64,000 bases of DNA from Coriobacteriia bacterium (GTDB taxonomy: Bacteria; Actinomycetota; Coriobacteriia; Coriobacteriales; UMGS124), in the NCBI GenBank assembly GCA_018368455.1, contig JAGZEG010000002.1, positions 198,949 to 262,948 of the forward strand. Reading direction: 5' to 3'. The position numbers and the translations under genes were made by a program. The stretch's first letter is position 1. Every line of letters begins with the position of its first letter. Below are positions 9,765-18,198 of this stretch, in pieces. The notes beneath the pieces were generated by a model. It saw only the letters and a list, made by a program, of their open reading frames with translations, did not search any database and was not told where the DNA came from.

Positions 9765-9858
9765 TGGCGGAGAGCTGGGGATTCGAACCCCAGAAGGGGA
9801 TTTATGTCCCCTTACTCGCTTAGCAGGCGAGCACCTTCGGCCTCTCGGTCAGCTCTCC
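9765..9858 (-). tRNA. tRNA-Ser (anticodon GCT), CCA encoded
   Basis: Hand-folded cloverleaf: acceptor ggagagc/gctctcc, anticodon loop ct-GCT-aa, long variable arm (ggggacataaatcccc), T-arm tggggttcgaatcccca. Confidence 0.85.
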
Positions 9859-9991
9859 GCGTGCTGTCGAATCATACCGCAAGAACCATCCTCGACGCAA
9901 CGATGCAAATCCGTTTCTTTTGCGCAGAGCCTGTTCGCCCCAAACTCGGCCCTCCCCCAAGTGCTGCCACCCGGCAAGAAAAGCCGGGGAT

Positions 9992-10186
9992 CTGGCAAGA
10001 ATCGCCTTGTGTGCGGCGTCACGCGCATCGCCCTGGCAAGAATCCCGCCTAATGCGGTGCACCGTGCGCCCAATCGGGCCTAACGCGCCGCAAGAGCACG
10101 CAGCCGGCCAGCAAAAACCCAGGTAGCGCTCCCCAGGCTGCCCGAATCTCCCCGCATCGGACCACACTAGGATCGATTCTTGCCAG
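9992..10186. repeat. Hairpin-forming intergenic element with ~25-bp terminal inverted repeats (GGCAAGAATC..TGTG family)
   Basis: ctggcaagaatcgccttgtgtgcgg (9992..10016) pairs with ccacactaggatcgattcttgccag (10162..10186). An extra internal half-site lies at 10034. It is related to the element at 62458..62608. Confidence 0.6.
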
Positions 10187-10355
10187 CACTCTCCGAAAAA
10201 CACCGCACTCGAAAGCTTTCTTGCCGACCTAGCCGAGTCACGCAGAACAGAAGTCGACTGCTCCGGGCTAAAACAGCCGCTCGGTCGTCGCGCCGACTAC
10301 CTGCAGACGCACGTGCCGCACCCGGAAACCGCGAGTCGCCAGCCCCTTGCTCCCC

Positions 10356-11432
10356 CTACGCCGTCTCGTTGCGCACAAAGAAGTCGCGCGCGTTCTCGAA
10401 GAACATCTTGCGCGCAATCCGCTCGCCAAAGCGCGCCTGAACCAGCTCGTAAAAACCGCCCACCTTCTCGCAACCATCGAGCCAGGCCGGCACGTCCGAG
10501 CCATCGTAGTCGGAACCCAGAGCAATCACGTCTTCGCCTCCGAGGTCGAGGAAATGCTCGATGTGTGCCGCCACCTCGTCGAACGTTACATCGGTGCCCG
10601 TCTCAGCCATGTTACGCGTCGTCAGGAAGCCGCGACAGTAGTTGAGCCCCGCGACGCCGCCCGCATCGCGAATGACGCGGAATTGGTCGTCCGTGAGGTT
10701 GCGCGGCACGTCACACACCGCCCGCGCGTTGGAGTGAGAAGCGGCGAACGGCCGGCGCGCGATGTCGACAAAGTCAGCAAATCCCGCGTCGTTGAGGTGC
10801 GAGACATCCACGACGATGCGCGCATCCTCAAGTCCGCGGATCGCCTCGCGCCCAAACGTCGTGAGGCCCTCGTCCGTAAGGCTGCCACTGCCGATGGGAT
10901 TGCGATCGTTCCACGTCAGAGTGATCATCTTCACGCCGTCAGCCGCAAGCTCATCGATAGCGCGAACGCTGTGGTTGAGCACGGAGGCGTTCTCAACCGT
11001 GAGGAGGGCAGCGGTCTTGCCCGAAGCGAGCACGCCATCGATGTCGCGAGCGTCACGCAGAAGCGTCACGCGATCAGAGAAGCGCTGCACCTGGTCGAAA
11101 AACCAGTCGCGCGCCTTGCAGTAGAAATCGTGCGCACCGTGGCGATGGTACATATCGGGAATCCAGATGGCGAAGCACTGGCACCAGGCAAATCCCCGGT
11201 CGGCCCCCATGCGGTCGAGCGCCAGGTGACCGCCGTTGTGCTCGAGCGTGCCGCTCGGGTCGATACCCTGCTCGAGCAGCTCGGCGAAGTGCGTGGCATA
11301 CGGCTCGCAGTCGGCCATACCCAGAGCGTCAATCGTGTCGCCATGAAGATCGAAGACATGCAGGGGGCAAGCGGATGTGTGCGCAGAGGGCGAACTCGCA
11401 CGATTGGATGCGGGATTCGGCTGGTCGGCCAC
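10356..11432 (-). CDS. Membrane dipeptidase (peptidase M19 family)
   Basis: The longer ORF would overlap tRNA-Arg. GTG 11432 has GGAGG 7 nt upstream. VFDLHGDT (HxD zinc site), ITLTWNDRN, VVDVSHL, FAASHSNARAV and ALGSDYDG are M19 hallmarks. Confidence 0.85.
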   Translation of the reverse strand: MADQPNPASNRASSPSAHTSACPLHVFDLHGDTIDALGMADCEPYATHFAELLEQGIDPSGTLEHNGGHLALDRMGADRGFAWCQCFAIWIPDMYHRHGAHDFYCKARDWFFDQVQRFSDRVTLLRDARDIDGVLASGKTAALLTVENASVLNHSVRAIDELAADGVKMITLTWNDRNPIGSGSLTDEGLTTFGREAIRGLEDARIVVDVSHLNDAGFADFVDIARRPFAASHSNARAVCDVPRNLTDDQFRVIRDAGGVAGLNYCRGFLTTRNMAETGTDVTFDEVAAHIEHFLDLGGEDVIALGSDYDGSDVPAWLDGCEKVGGFYELVQARFGERIARKMFFENARDFFVRNETA

Positions 11433-11494
11433 GATGACACCTCCGGAAACGAGAAAGGGCGAGGAGGTTTTGGCCTCCCCGCCCTGATTTCTCA

Positions 11495-11571
11495 TGGTGC
11501 GCCGTATAGGATTCGAACCTATGACGTTCTGATTCGTAGTCAGACCCTCTATCCAGCTGAGGTAACGGCGC
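11495..11571 (-). tRNA. tRNA-Arg (anticodon ACG), CCA encoded
   Basis: Cloverleaf: acceptor gcgccgt/acggcgc, D-arm cctc..gagg, anticodon stem tctga/tcaga with loop ct-ACG-aa, T-arm ataggttcgaatcctat. Confidence 0.9.
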
Positions 11572-11794
11572 GTTTGAGCTTGGATATATTCGCATCCCAA
11601 GCCGGCGCTGTCAACCAGAATCCCAATCCCGTAGGTTCATCACAAGTTCGACACATAGTGCCACACAAGCAGACCCAGGTCGAGCAGCCTCCCCGACCGC
11701 AGCACTCCCCACATGGGTATACGTAATCCTAGTAATACCTTGAGCGCGGCCGCACGGTCGCCACCCGCGAGCACTCAAAGAAAGGCAGCCTCAC

Positions 11795-12559
11795 ATGGAA
11801 CCGGAACGCACCCTCCTCGGCCATGTCGACAACGAGGACATCGACCGTCTGCGTGCTGCCATCCCCAACGGGCTCACCGAAGACGCGGCCTCTCTCATGG
11901 GGCAGTTCACTAACCTCATGCAGGAATACCGCGCCGCCATCCGAGCCGTGCGCACAAAGTTCGAGACCCTCGACGAGGACGCCAAGGTTCGGCTCGACCG
12001 CAACCCCATCCACGTCATCTCGACGCGCCTCAAGTCCCCGCAGAGCCTCCTCGAAAAGCTGCAGCGCAAGGGCTTCCCGCTTACGATCGCAAGCATCCGC
12101 GAGAACATCTACGACGTGGCGGGCGTACGCGTCGTGTGTAACTACCTCGAGGACGTCAACGAGGTGGCCGAGGCCCTGCTGCGACAGGACGACGTCACGC
12201 TCATCGAGCGCAAGGACTACATCACCAACCCCAAGCCGTCGGGCTATCGCAGCCTGCACCTCGTCATCAGCGTGCCGGTGTACCTGAGCGACCGACGGCA
12301 GGAAGTGCCCGTCGAGGTGCAGCTACGCACGATCGCGATGGACTTCTGGGCGAGCCTCGAGCACCGGCTGCGCTACAAGAACGAGGACGTACTGCAGGCT
12401 CACGGGCCCGAGGTCGACGACATCCGCGCGCGCCTCGTGGAGAGCGCGCACCTCATCGCGGCCATCGACCAGGCCATGCAGCGCTTGCAGGACGACATCG
12501 AACGCCTCGCCGACGAGCACGACGCTGCCGCAGCGGCCGAGCGGGAGAAACTCGCGTAG
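11795..12559 (+). CDS. Small alarmone synthetase (RelP/RelQ-type GTP pyrophosphokinase)
   Basis: ISTRLKSPQSLLEKLQRKG, YDVAGVRVVCNY, NPKPSGYRSLHLV and VEVQLRTIAMDFWASLEHRLRYK match the RelA_SpoT synthetase domain of single-domain SAS proteins. Confidence 0.85.
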   Translation: MEPERTLLGHVDNEDIDRLRAAIPNGLTEDAASLMGQFTNLMQEYRAAIRAVRTKFETLDEDAKVRLDRNPIHVISTRLKSPQSLLEKLQRKGFPLTIASIRENIYDVAGVRVVCNYLEDVNEVAEALLRQDDVTLIERKDYITNPKPSGYRSLHLVISVPVYLSDRRQEVPVEVQLRTIAMDFWASLEHRLRYKNEDVLQAHGPEVDDIRARLVESAHLIAAIDQAMQRLQDDIERLADEHDAAAAAEREKLA

Positions 12560-12783
12560 GAAGATCCTGCCGAGCGGAGTCGCGAGCTGCACCTGCAGAC
12601 CCGCTCGAGCAAGCGCGCCGGGGCGCCGAATACGCTCATGTCTGCGGGGCCTCGCCCGAGCTCGCGAGCCCGACCCGAACACGTATGCTGCGCGTGCACG
12701 CGGACAGGCTTGCCCAGGCGAGCGCCGGGCGTACATCGCGTTCCCCGCACGCTTTCGCCATGCTGTCCGATGCGACGCTTCCC

Positions 12784-12985
12784 GCTACAAAATCCGCCCT
12801 CGTGAAAAACGCTGCTACGTTTTGCCGCGATATGTACGATTCGGGCTCTCTTATCGCGGTGATATCTTCATACTCTATGATATCACCGCAGGTAAATCGC
12901 CTGCGTATATTCCCAGCAAGTAACTTGCATCGTACATATCGCATGCTTTTGTATCAGCGCAATTCACAACGCTCGGTTTTGTAGC
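12784..12985. mobile_element. 202-bp AT-rich MITE-like palindromic element, copy 1
   Basis: GCTACAAAA...TTTTGTAGC termini, nested inverted repeats (cgcgatatgtacgat/atcgtacatatcgc; gcggtgatatc/gatatcaccgc). Same length and ~85-90% identity by eye to 15130..15331. No coding capacity. Confidence 0.6.
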
Positions 12986-13264
12986 AGCGACACCCCCGCA
13001 CGCGGGCACCCGCCCCGCCACCATGCGTCCCCGCAGGCCCCCGCCTCGCGAAATTCGCAAGCCCTCTCACGACAGGGGACGACTCCCTGCCGCTCCGCCC
13101 CGTTCGTGAGAAGGGACGCGCCATGGAACCCAGGCGCACGCCGGACCCCCGGCACGAAACACGCAGGTCAGCCACAACATCAGAGGAGAGAAAAGCCCGG
13201 CGGGCAGCACAGCGGCAAGATGCACAGCACATAACGACATACGACAAAGTAAGCCACGCAACTT

Positions 13265-13285
13265 GCTGTTCAACCGTTGAACAGC
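13265..13285 (+). promoter_or_regulatory. Palindromic operator candidate gctgttcaac-c-gttgaacagc upstream of the MerR-like gene
   Basis: Perfect 10-1-10 palindrome 27 nt before ATG 13312, just downstream of a TTGCTG -35-like hexamer. A near-identical site lies at 14231..14251. Confidence 0.5.
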
Positions 13286-13311
13286 TTCCCTATTCCCCGG
13301 GAGGTGTGCTC

Positions 13312-14088
13312 ATGGACCGCGAGGGCGCGCATGTCGACAAGTGCTGGAAGGTCTCGCAGGTAGCACAGCTCATTGGGCTGTCGCGCCGCGACATCCAGCG
13401 CGCATGCTACCGAGGAAAGGGAGGCGTCGGCATCCTCGATCCCCAAGACAGCACATGGGGCCGGCGCTCATATGGGCCCGAGGACCTCGCACGGCTCTAT
13501 GTCGTCAGCATCTACAAAGCGCAGGGGCTCAGCCTGCCGGAGATCAGCGTGGCCTTCGAGCAAGCCCAGGGAAACTACCGCGCGATTCTCTGCCGGCAAG
13601 TCGCCCAGCTGCGAGAGCGTCGGGACAACGTGGACTGCCAGCTCGCACGGGCCGAAGCCCTGCTGAGCGCGACCACCCCGGGGGCCTCGATCTCCGCGGT
13701 CTCCCATCTGCAGCTCGACATCAGCCCCCTCCCTGCGCTCATTGAGCAGCTCGCCCTGCGATGCATGATGCGCAGCGGCGCCCCCGCCACCCTGATCAGC
13801 CGGACAAGTGGCGGACGTCTCACGACGCTGCTCAAACGCCTAGCGGAATGCAAAGGCCACATCGCCCCTGAGGCCGAGCAGCCACAGGAAGTCGCACGAG
13901 AGCTCGTCGAGCAGGTGCAAATGCCTGATGCCGGACCGGATGCGCGCAACCAAGCCGTTCTCCTCCTCAGCGCCGTTCTTGACGAGCCGGGCATCGACCT
14001 TGCCATCGAACTCTGGCTCGAGCCCGGCGCTCACGCCTATCTCTGCGACGCCATCGGAGCGTTTGCAGAGCAAGCCGCCACGCCGTAG
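13312..14088 (+). CDS. MerR-like HTH regulator with coiled-coil and unknown C-terminal domain
   Basis: ATG 13312 with GGGAGG upstream. WKVSQVAQLIGLSRRDIQRACYRG..RRSYGPEDLARLYVVSIYKAQGLSLPEI resembles the MerR wHTH and is followed by a heptad-like helix. Confidence 0.6.
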   Translation: MDREGAHVDKCWKVSQVAQLIGLSRRDIQRACYRGKGGVGILDPQDSTWGRRSYGPEDLARLYVVSIYKAQGLSLPEISVAFEQAQGNYRAILCRQVAQLRERRDNVDCQLARAEALLSATTPGASISAVSHLQLDISPLPALIEQLALRCMMRSGAPATLISRTSGGRLTTLLKRLAECKGHIAPEAEQPQEVARELVEQVQMPDAGPDARNQAVLLLSAVLDEPGIDLAIELWLEPGAHAYLCDAIGAFAEQAATP

Positions 14089-14230
14089 CCCGCAGGGCAG
14101 GGCCCCGCGACCGTCCCCGAGAGCAAACCGAGGCCCGCGGCCCGCCTGTACTCCACACTCGCACGTTCGTGCTCAGGGAACGGGGCGCGGCCGTCCGACC
14201 AGCACGGTCACTTCGGACAGCCGCGCCCTT

Positions 14231-14251
14231 GCTGTTCACCTGTTGAACAGC
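14231..14251 (+). promoter_or_regulatory. Second copy of the palindromic operator (gctgttcacctgttgaacagc) upstream of the DUF4230-like gene
   Basis: Shares cttgctgttca.c.gttgaacagctt with 13262..13287. It lies 73 nt before ATG 14324. Confidence 0.5.
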
Positions 14252-14323
14252 TTTCGTTCTGTACTGCAGAAGTCCCGCGAACCCGGAGCCGCCAACCCTC
14301 GTCGCTTACAAGAGGAGCCTGCT

Positions 14324-14977
14324 ATGAAGAACCCCCTCGCCGGCATTGCCTCAGCCTCCCGCAACCTTGGCACCGTTCAACGCTGCCTCATCTGCGGCGC
14401 GCTCGGGCTGGTGCTCGGCATCGGAGGAACGCTGTTCGTGCTCAACTTCAACCCGCCCGACCACTGGATGCCCACGGCGTCCTCCGTATTCGGGCGCATC
14501 GTCCAGTGCAACGAGCTCATCAGCGTAACGCAGAGCTACCAGATCGTCGAAAAGGTGACCGACACCAACAAGTTCTTCGACCTTTTCAACATCCCGTTCA
14601 CGCAGAACAGCTTCTGGTATCGCTACGCAGGCGACATCAAAGCCGGCGTCAACCTGAAGACGGCAAATCTCGAGGTCGACGGAACCTCCGTCCGCATCAC
14701 GCTCGACAAGCCATACATCATCGCAAACGAGCCCAACATGGACGTCTCGGGCGTGCTCGAGGAGAACAACAACGCGCTCAATCCCATCCACGTCGAAGAT
14801 GTCGACGCGTTCCAGCGCCAGTGCATCGAGACGAGTCGGGAGAGCGCTGTAAACGACGGCCTGCTCGAAGAGGCCCGCGCCGCCGCGGAAGAAAACATCC
14901 GAGAGATATTCAAGGCAGCTCTCGGGGACGAGTGTACCGTCGAGTTCGAATACCGGTCGGAGGAGGATACGCAGTGA
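14324..14977 (+). CDS. Membrane-anchored DUF4230-like protein
   Basis: ATG 14324 with GAGGAG upstream. One N-terminal TM helix (CLICGALGLVLGIGGTLFVL). VTQSYQIVEKVTD..FWYRYAGDIKAGVNL..V..ITLDKPYI resembles DUF4230 as I recall it. Confidence 0.6.
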   Translation: MKNPLAGIASASRNLGTVQRCLICGALGLVLGIGGTLFVLNFNPPDHWMPTASSVFGRIVQCNELISVTQSYQIVEKVTDTNKFFDLFNIPFTQNSFWYRYAGDIKAGVNLKTANLEVDGTSVRITLDKPYIIANEPNMDVSGVLEENNNALNPIHVEDVDAFQRQCIETSRESAVNDGLLEEARAAAEENIREIFKAALGDECTVEFEYRSEEDTQ

Positions 14978-15066
14978 AAGGCAAGCTCATAGCTGCGGCT
15001 GCCATCGCAGCCGTCCTTGTTGTGGCGTTTTTCGTTCTGAACTGGGCGGTCTTTTCTTGGGGGTAG
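14974..15066 (+). CDS. 30-aa single-TM mini-protein, translationally coupled (GTGA overlap)
   Basis: GTG 14974 overlaps the TGA of the upstream gene and AGGAGGA lies 7 nt upstream. VKGKLIAAAAIAAVLVVAFFVLNWAVFSWG is one hydrophobic helix. Confidence 0.45.
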   Translation: MKGKLIAAAAIAAVLVVAFFVLNWAVFSWG

Positions 15067-15129
15067 AGGGTGCATCGCGCTCGGGGCCGCCACGCATCGC
15101 GCCCGCCCGTAGCTCCCCCTCCTCCCTCC

Positions 15130-15331
15130 GCTACAAAACCCGGCCTCGTGAAAAACGCTGCTACGTTTTGCCGCGATATGTACGATTTGGAGGCCCATAT
15201 CGCGGTGATACCTTTTTAATCGATAGTATCATCGCAGGTAGATTACTCGTCAATATTCCCAGCAAGCAACTTGCATCGTACATATCGCGTCCTTTTGTAT
15301 CAGCGCAATTCACAACGCCCGGTTTTGTAGC
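15130..15331. mobile_element. 202-bp AT-rich MITE-like palindromic element, copy 2
   Basis: Same termini and same orientation as 12784..12985. The central hairpin differs by compensatory changes (gcggtgatac/gtatcatcgc). Confidence 0.6.
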
Positions 15332-15401
15332 AGGCGCCGCCCCACAACGGCGGGCCACCCCGCAGTGCCGCCCCGCGACCCCCGCCCCGGCCCCGCGCAG
15401 C

Positions 15402-15441
15402 AAAACGCCGCCCGCAAGCCTTGAAAAGCCTGCGGGCGGCG
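15402..15441 (-). terminator. Rho-independent terminator of serS
   Basis: The minus strand reads cgccgcccgcaggcttttcaaggcttgcgggcggcg followed by TTTT, about 45 nt after the serS stop. Confidence 0.7.
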
Positions 15442-15484
15442 CCTCTTCGTGCGTCTCGTATGTACCGAGCGATTAGGCCCGCGC

Positions 15485-16789
15485 CTACGCCTTCGGGAAC
15501 TCCTCCTCGGGCACGATGACGTCGCAGCCCATGTACGGCACGAGCACCTCAGGCACCGTCACCGAGCCGTCGGCGTTCTGGTAGTTCTCCAGGATGGCGG
15601 CCATCGTACGGCCTGCAGGCAGGCCGGAGCCGTTGAGCGTGTGCAGGAAGCGCGACCCCTTGAAGCTCGACGGGTCGGTGTACTTGATGTTGGCGCGACG
15701 GGCCTGGAAGTCGCCGCAGTTCGAGCAGCTCGAGATCTCCTTGTAGTTGTTGTAGCTCGGCAGCCACACCTCGAGATCGAACGTCTGGCGCGCGGAGAAG
15801 CCCAGGTCACCGCCGCACAGGTTCACGATGTGGTACGGCAGCTTGAGCGACTGCAGGATGTACTCGGCCTCCTCGATCATGAAGCGCAGCTGGTTGTCGG
15901 AGTCCTCCGGCTTGGCGAACATGACCATTTCGACCTTGTCGAACTCATGCTGGCGGATGATGCCGCGCGTGTCGCGACCGGCGCTGCCGGCCTCCTCGCG
16001 GAAGCACGGGGTGAACGCCGTGTAGTGGCGCGGCAGCGTGTCGCCGTCGAGCGTCTCGTCGCGGTGGATGTTCGTGAGCTGAACCTCAGCCGTCGGGATG
16101 AGGAACATGTCGCCGCTCACGTGGAAGGCGTCGTCCTCGAACTTGGGCAGCTGGCCCGTGCCGTACAGCGTGTCACGGTTGCAGATGACCGGCGGCCAGA
16201 ACTCCTTGAAGCCGTGAGCGCGGTGCACATCGAGGAAGTAGTTGATGAGCGCACGCTCGAGGCGGGCGCCCATGCCGGCGAGCAGAGTGAAGCGCGTCGC
16301 GGCCAGCTTGACGCCGCGATCGAAGTCCAGGATGCCCAGACTCGTGCCCAGGTCCCAGTGCGCCTGCGGCTCAAAGCCCTCGGCAGCGAAGTCGCGCGGC
16401 GTGCCCCAGCGCTTGACCTCGACGTTCTCGGAGTCGTCCTTGCCCTCGGGCACGCAGTCGGCCGGGAAGTTGGGGATGTGGCTCACGAGCTCGGTCAGGG
16501 CCGTCTCGGAAGCGGTGCGCTGCTCGTTGAGCTCGGCGATGCGGTCATTGAGCTCGCGAACGTGGGCCTTGGCGGCCTCGGCCTCGTCGCCCCGGCCCTC
16601 CTTCATGAGGGCGCCGATCTCCTTCGAGGCGGTGTTGCGCTCGGCCTGGAGCTGCTCGACCTCGGCGATGGCGGCGCGACGCTGTTCATCCAGAGACAGG
16701 AAGCGCTCCTTGTCCCACGTGCCGTGGCGCTTGGCCATGGCGGCGTCGAGGATCTCGGGGTGCTCGCGAAGCAGGCGAATGTCGTGCAT
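15485..16789 (-). CDS. serS: Serine--tRNA ligase
   Basis: ATG 16789 with GGAGG upstream. MHDIRLLREHPE.. begins the N-terminal coiled coil. The class II motifs FREEAGSAGRDTRGIIRQHEFDKVE and TLNGSGLPAGRTMAAILENYQ are present. Confidence 0.95.
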   Translation of the reverse strand: MHDIRLLREHPEILDAAMAKRHGTWDKERFLSLDEQRRAAIAEVEQLQAERNTASKEIGALMKEGRGDEAEAAKAHVRELNDRIAELNEQRTASETALTELVSHIPNFPADCVPEGKDDSENVEVKRWGTPRDFAAEGFEPQAHWDLGTSLGILDFDRGVKLAATRFTLLAGMGARLERALINYFLDVHRAHGFKEFWPPVICNRDTLYGTGQLPKFEDDAFHVSGDMFLIPTAEVQLTNIHRDETLDGDTLPRHYTAFTPCFREEAGSAGRDTRGIIRQHEFDKVEMVMFAKPEDSDNQLRFMIEEAEYILQSLKLPYHIVNLCGGDLGFSARQTFDLEVWLPSYNNYKEISSCSNCGDFQARRANIKYTDPSSFKGSRFLHTLNGSGLPAGRTMAAILENYQNADGSVTVPEVLVPYMGCDVIVPEEEFPKA

Positions 16790-17016
16790 GATGCGTTTCC
16801 TCCTATGGATGCTGCTGGCGTCTAGCACGAGACAGTATAAACTCGGCAGCAGCAACAGGCCGGGGCCGCTCCCGAACGGGAAATGTCTTCATCGAGCGCA
16901 GACGCAGCGCGCGATACGGGTATGCTATCGTTCGCATATCAGCGCCGGCGGTTCTCGTCCGCCGGTCCATCCGTCAGGCGCCCACCGCAGGGCAGCACGT
17001 TACCGGGAGGCTCATC

Positions 17017-17214
17017 GTGGCCGTGATCGACTTTCTCTTCAGCACGCCCGCCGGCGTTGCCATCCTCTTTTTCGGTGGCATGGTGCTGTTCGCAATCATC
17101 GCGTTCTTCTCCGAGCGCAAGACGCACAAGATGTTCTACAACCACCCCCAGGAGGAAGAGGACGAGTGGGGCGACGATGACGATGACTGGGACGACGACG
17201 AGGACGACAAGTAG
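17017..17214 (+). CDS. Small membrane protein with extremely acidic C-terminal tail
   Basis: GTG 17017 with GGGAGG 6 nt upstream. One or two TM helices are followed by EEEDEWGDDDDDWDDDEDDK. A strong terminator follows. Confidence 0.5.
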   Translation: MAVIDFLFSTPAGVAILFFGGMVLFAIIAFFSERKTHKMFYNHPQEEEDEWGDDDDDWDDDEDDK

Positions 17215-17236
17215 TCGCTCTTGCCAGTAGGCACAA

Positions 17237-17285
17237 CACGCAAAGCGCCGCCACCCTCGGCATGAGGATGGCGGCGCTTTTTAGT
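17237..17285 (+). terminator. Terminator hairpin; left copy of a 49-bp perfect direct repeat
   Basis: cacgcaaAGCGCCGCCAccctcggcatgaggaTGGCGGCGCTttttagt: 10-bp stem plus T-run. Identical to 23520..23568. Confidence 0.7.
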
Positions 17286-17299
17286 GGGCGGAGCTTTTC

Positions 17300-18130
17300 C
17301 TACGCGACCTCGCCGCCGAACTTCACGCCGATGTTCGGCAGGTTCTCGTAGCTCGCACGGGCTTCGTCGCTCGTCGGGTCGGCCGGAGGCGTGTCGCGCG
17401 TCTCGATGCGGATGGACACGATATCGCGCGCAAAGTAGTTGCCCGGCGTCGAGCCAAGCCACAGCTGGTTCGTACCGCCCACGGACTCCACGAGCGAGGC
17501 GCCGTTGACGTTGAACACAAGCGGGCAGTACCGCGTCGTTACGTAGCGCAGCGGCAGCGCGACCTCGTAGCCGTCTGCCGAGGTGAACACGATGGTATTG
17601 GCTGCGGGATCCACGCCGGCGATCTGCAGGAGCACCGTCGTCGAGATGCCCTCGACCAGGGCGTTGGCAACCGACAAGCCGTCAGCGGGATTGGCAGCGC
17701 ACGTGCAGCCCATCATGACCTGCTGGACCTCGCTCGTCTGGGCTATCTCCCCCATCGTGGCCGTGAACGGGTTAGCCACGTCACCCGTGACCTCGAGCAC
17801 CCAGTCCTCGGCAGCGACGGCCTGCTCGCCCTCGCCACCGCTCACAACCTGCGAGCCGCACAGGTACTTCGACGCACCGCCGATGTGCTTGGCAATCCAC
17901 TCGTTGGACGACACCTCGCTCTGCGTCCAGCCAAACGTACCTGTGACCTCGTCCTGCTGGACAATGGCGCCCGCACCAACCTGCTCCTCCTGCTGAACCT
18001 GCGCCACGGCCGGCCGGATGACGCCATCAGCACCGGGAGCCGGCGAGGCCAGCGCTGCGGCCTGCACCGCGCCAGCGGCAACGAGCGCCGAGCCCACGCC
18101 CACTGCGAGCGCCTTGGATGTCTTCTTCAT
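17300..18130 (-). CDS. Secreted sulfite-oxidase-fold (Oxidored_molyb-like) protein
   Basis: ATG 18130 with GAGGAG upstream. MKKTSKALAVGVGSALVAAGAVQAAALA is a Sec-type signal. VMMGCTCAANPADG resembles the Mo-ligand motif LQCAGNRR of sulfite oxidases. ADGYEVALPL and NGASL..GG..QLW follow the family pattern. Confidence 0.6.
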   Translation of the reverse strand: MKKTSKALAVGVGSALVAAGAVQAAALASPAPGADGVIRPAVAQVQQEEQVGAGAIVQQDEVTGTFGWTQSEVSSNEWIAKHIGGASKYLCGSQVVSGGEGEQAVAAEDWVLEVTGDVANPFTATMGEIAQTSEVQQVMMGCTCAANPADGLSVANALVEGISTTVLLQIAGVDPAANTIVFTSADGYEVALPLRYVTTRYCPLVFNVNGASLVESVGGTNQLWLGSTPGNYFARDIVSIRIETRDTPPADPTSDEARASYENLPNIGVKFGGEVA

Positions 18131-18198
18131 AGCGCACTCCTCTTCGTTGCGATGGCGCCGGGATGCCGAGTCTTCCTGACACCCCGGCGCGCACGGGG

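Noticed and set aside
9992-10045. Sigma-54 promoter (TGGCA...TTG)
   Set aside because: The spacing and -12 element do not fit GG-N10-GC, and the motif is part of an inverted-repeat family instead.
16790-17010. T-box leader upstream of serS
   Set aside because: No T-box consensus or specifier/antiterminator architecture is visible. Only a TATACT-like -10 was seen.
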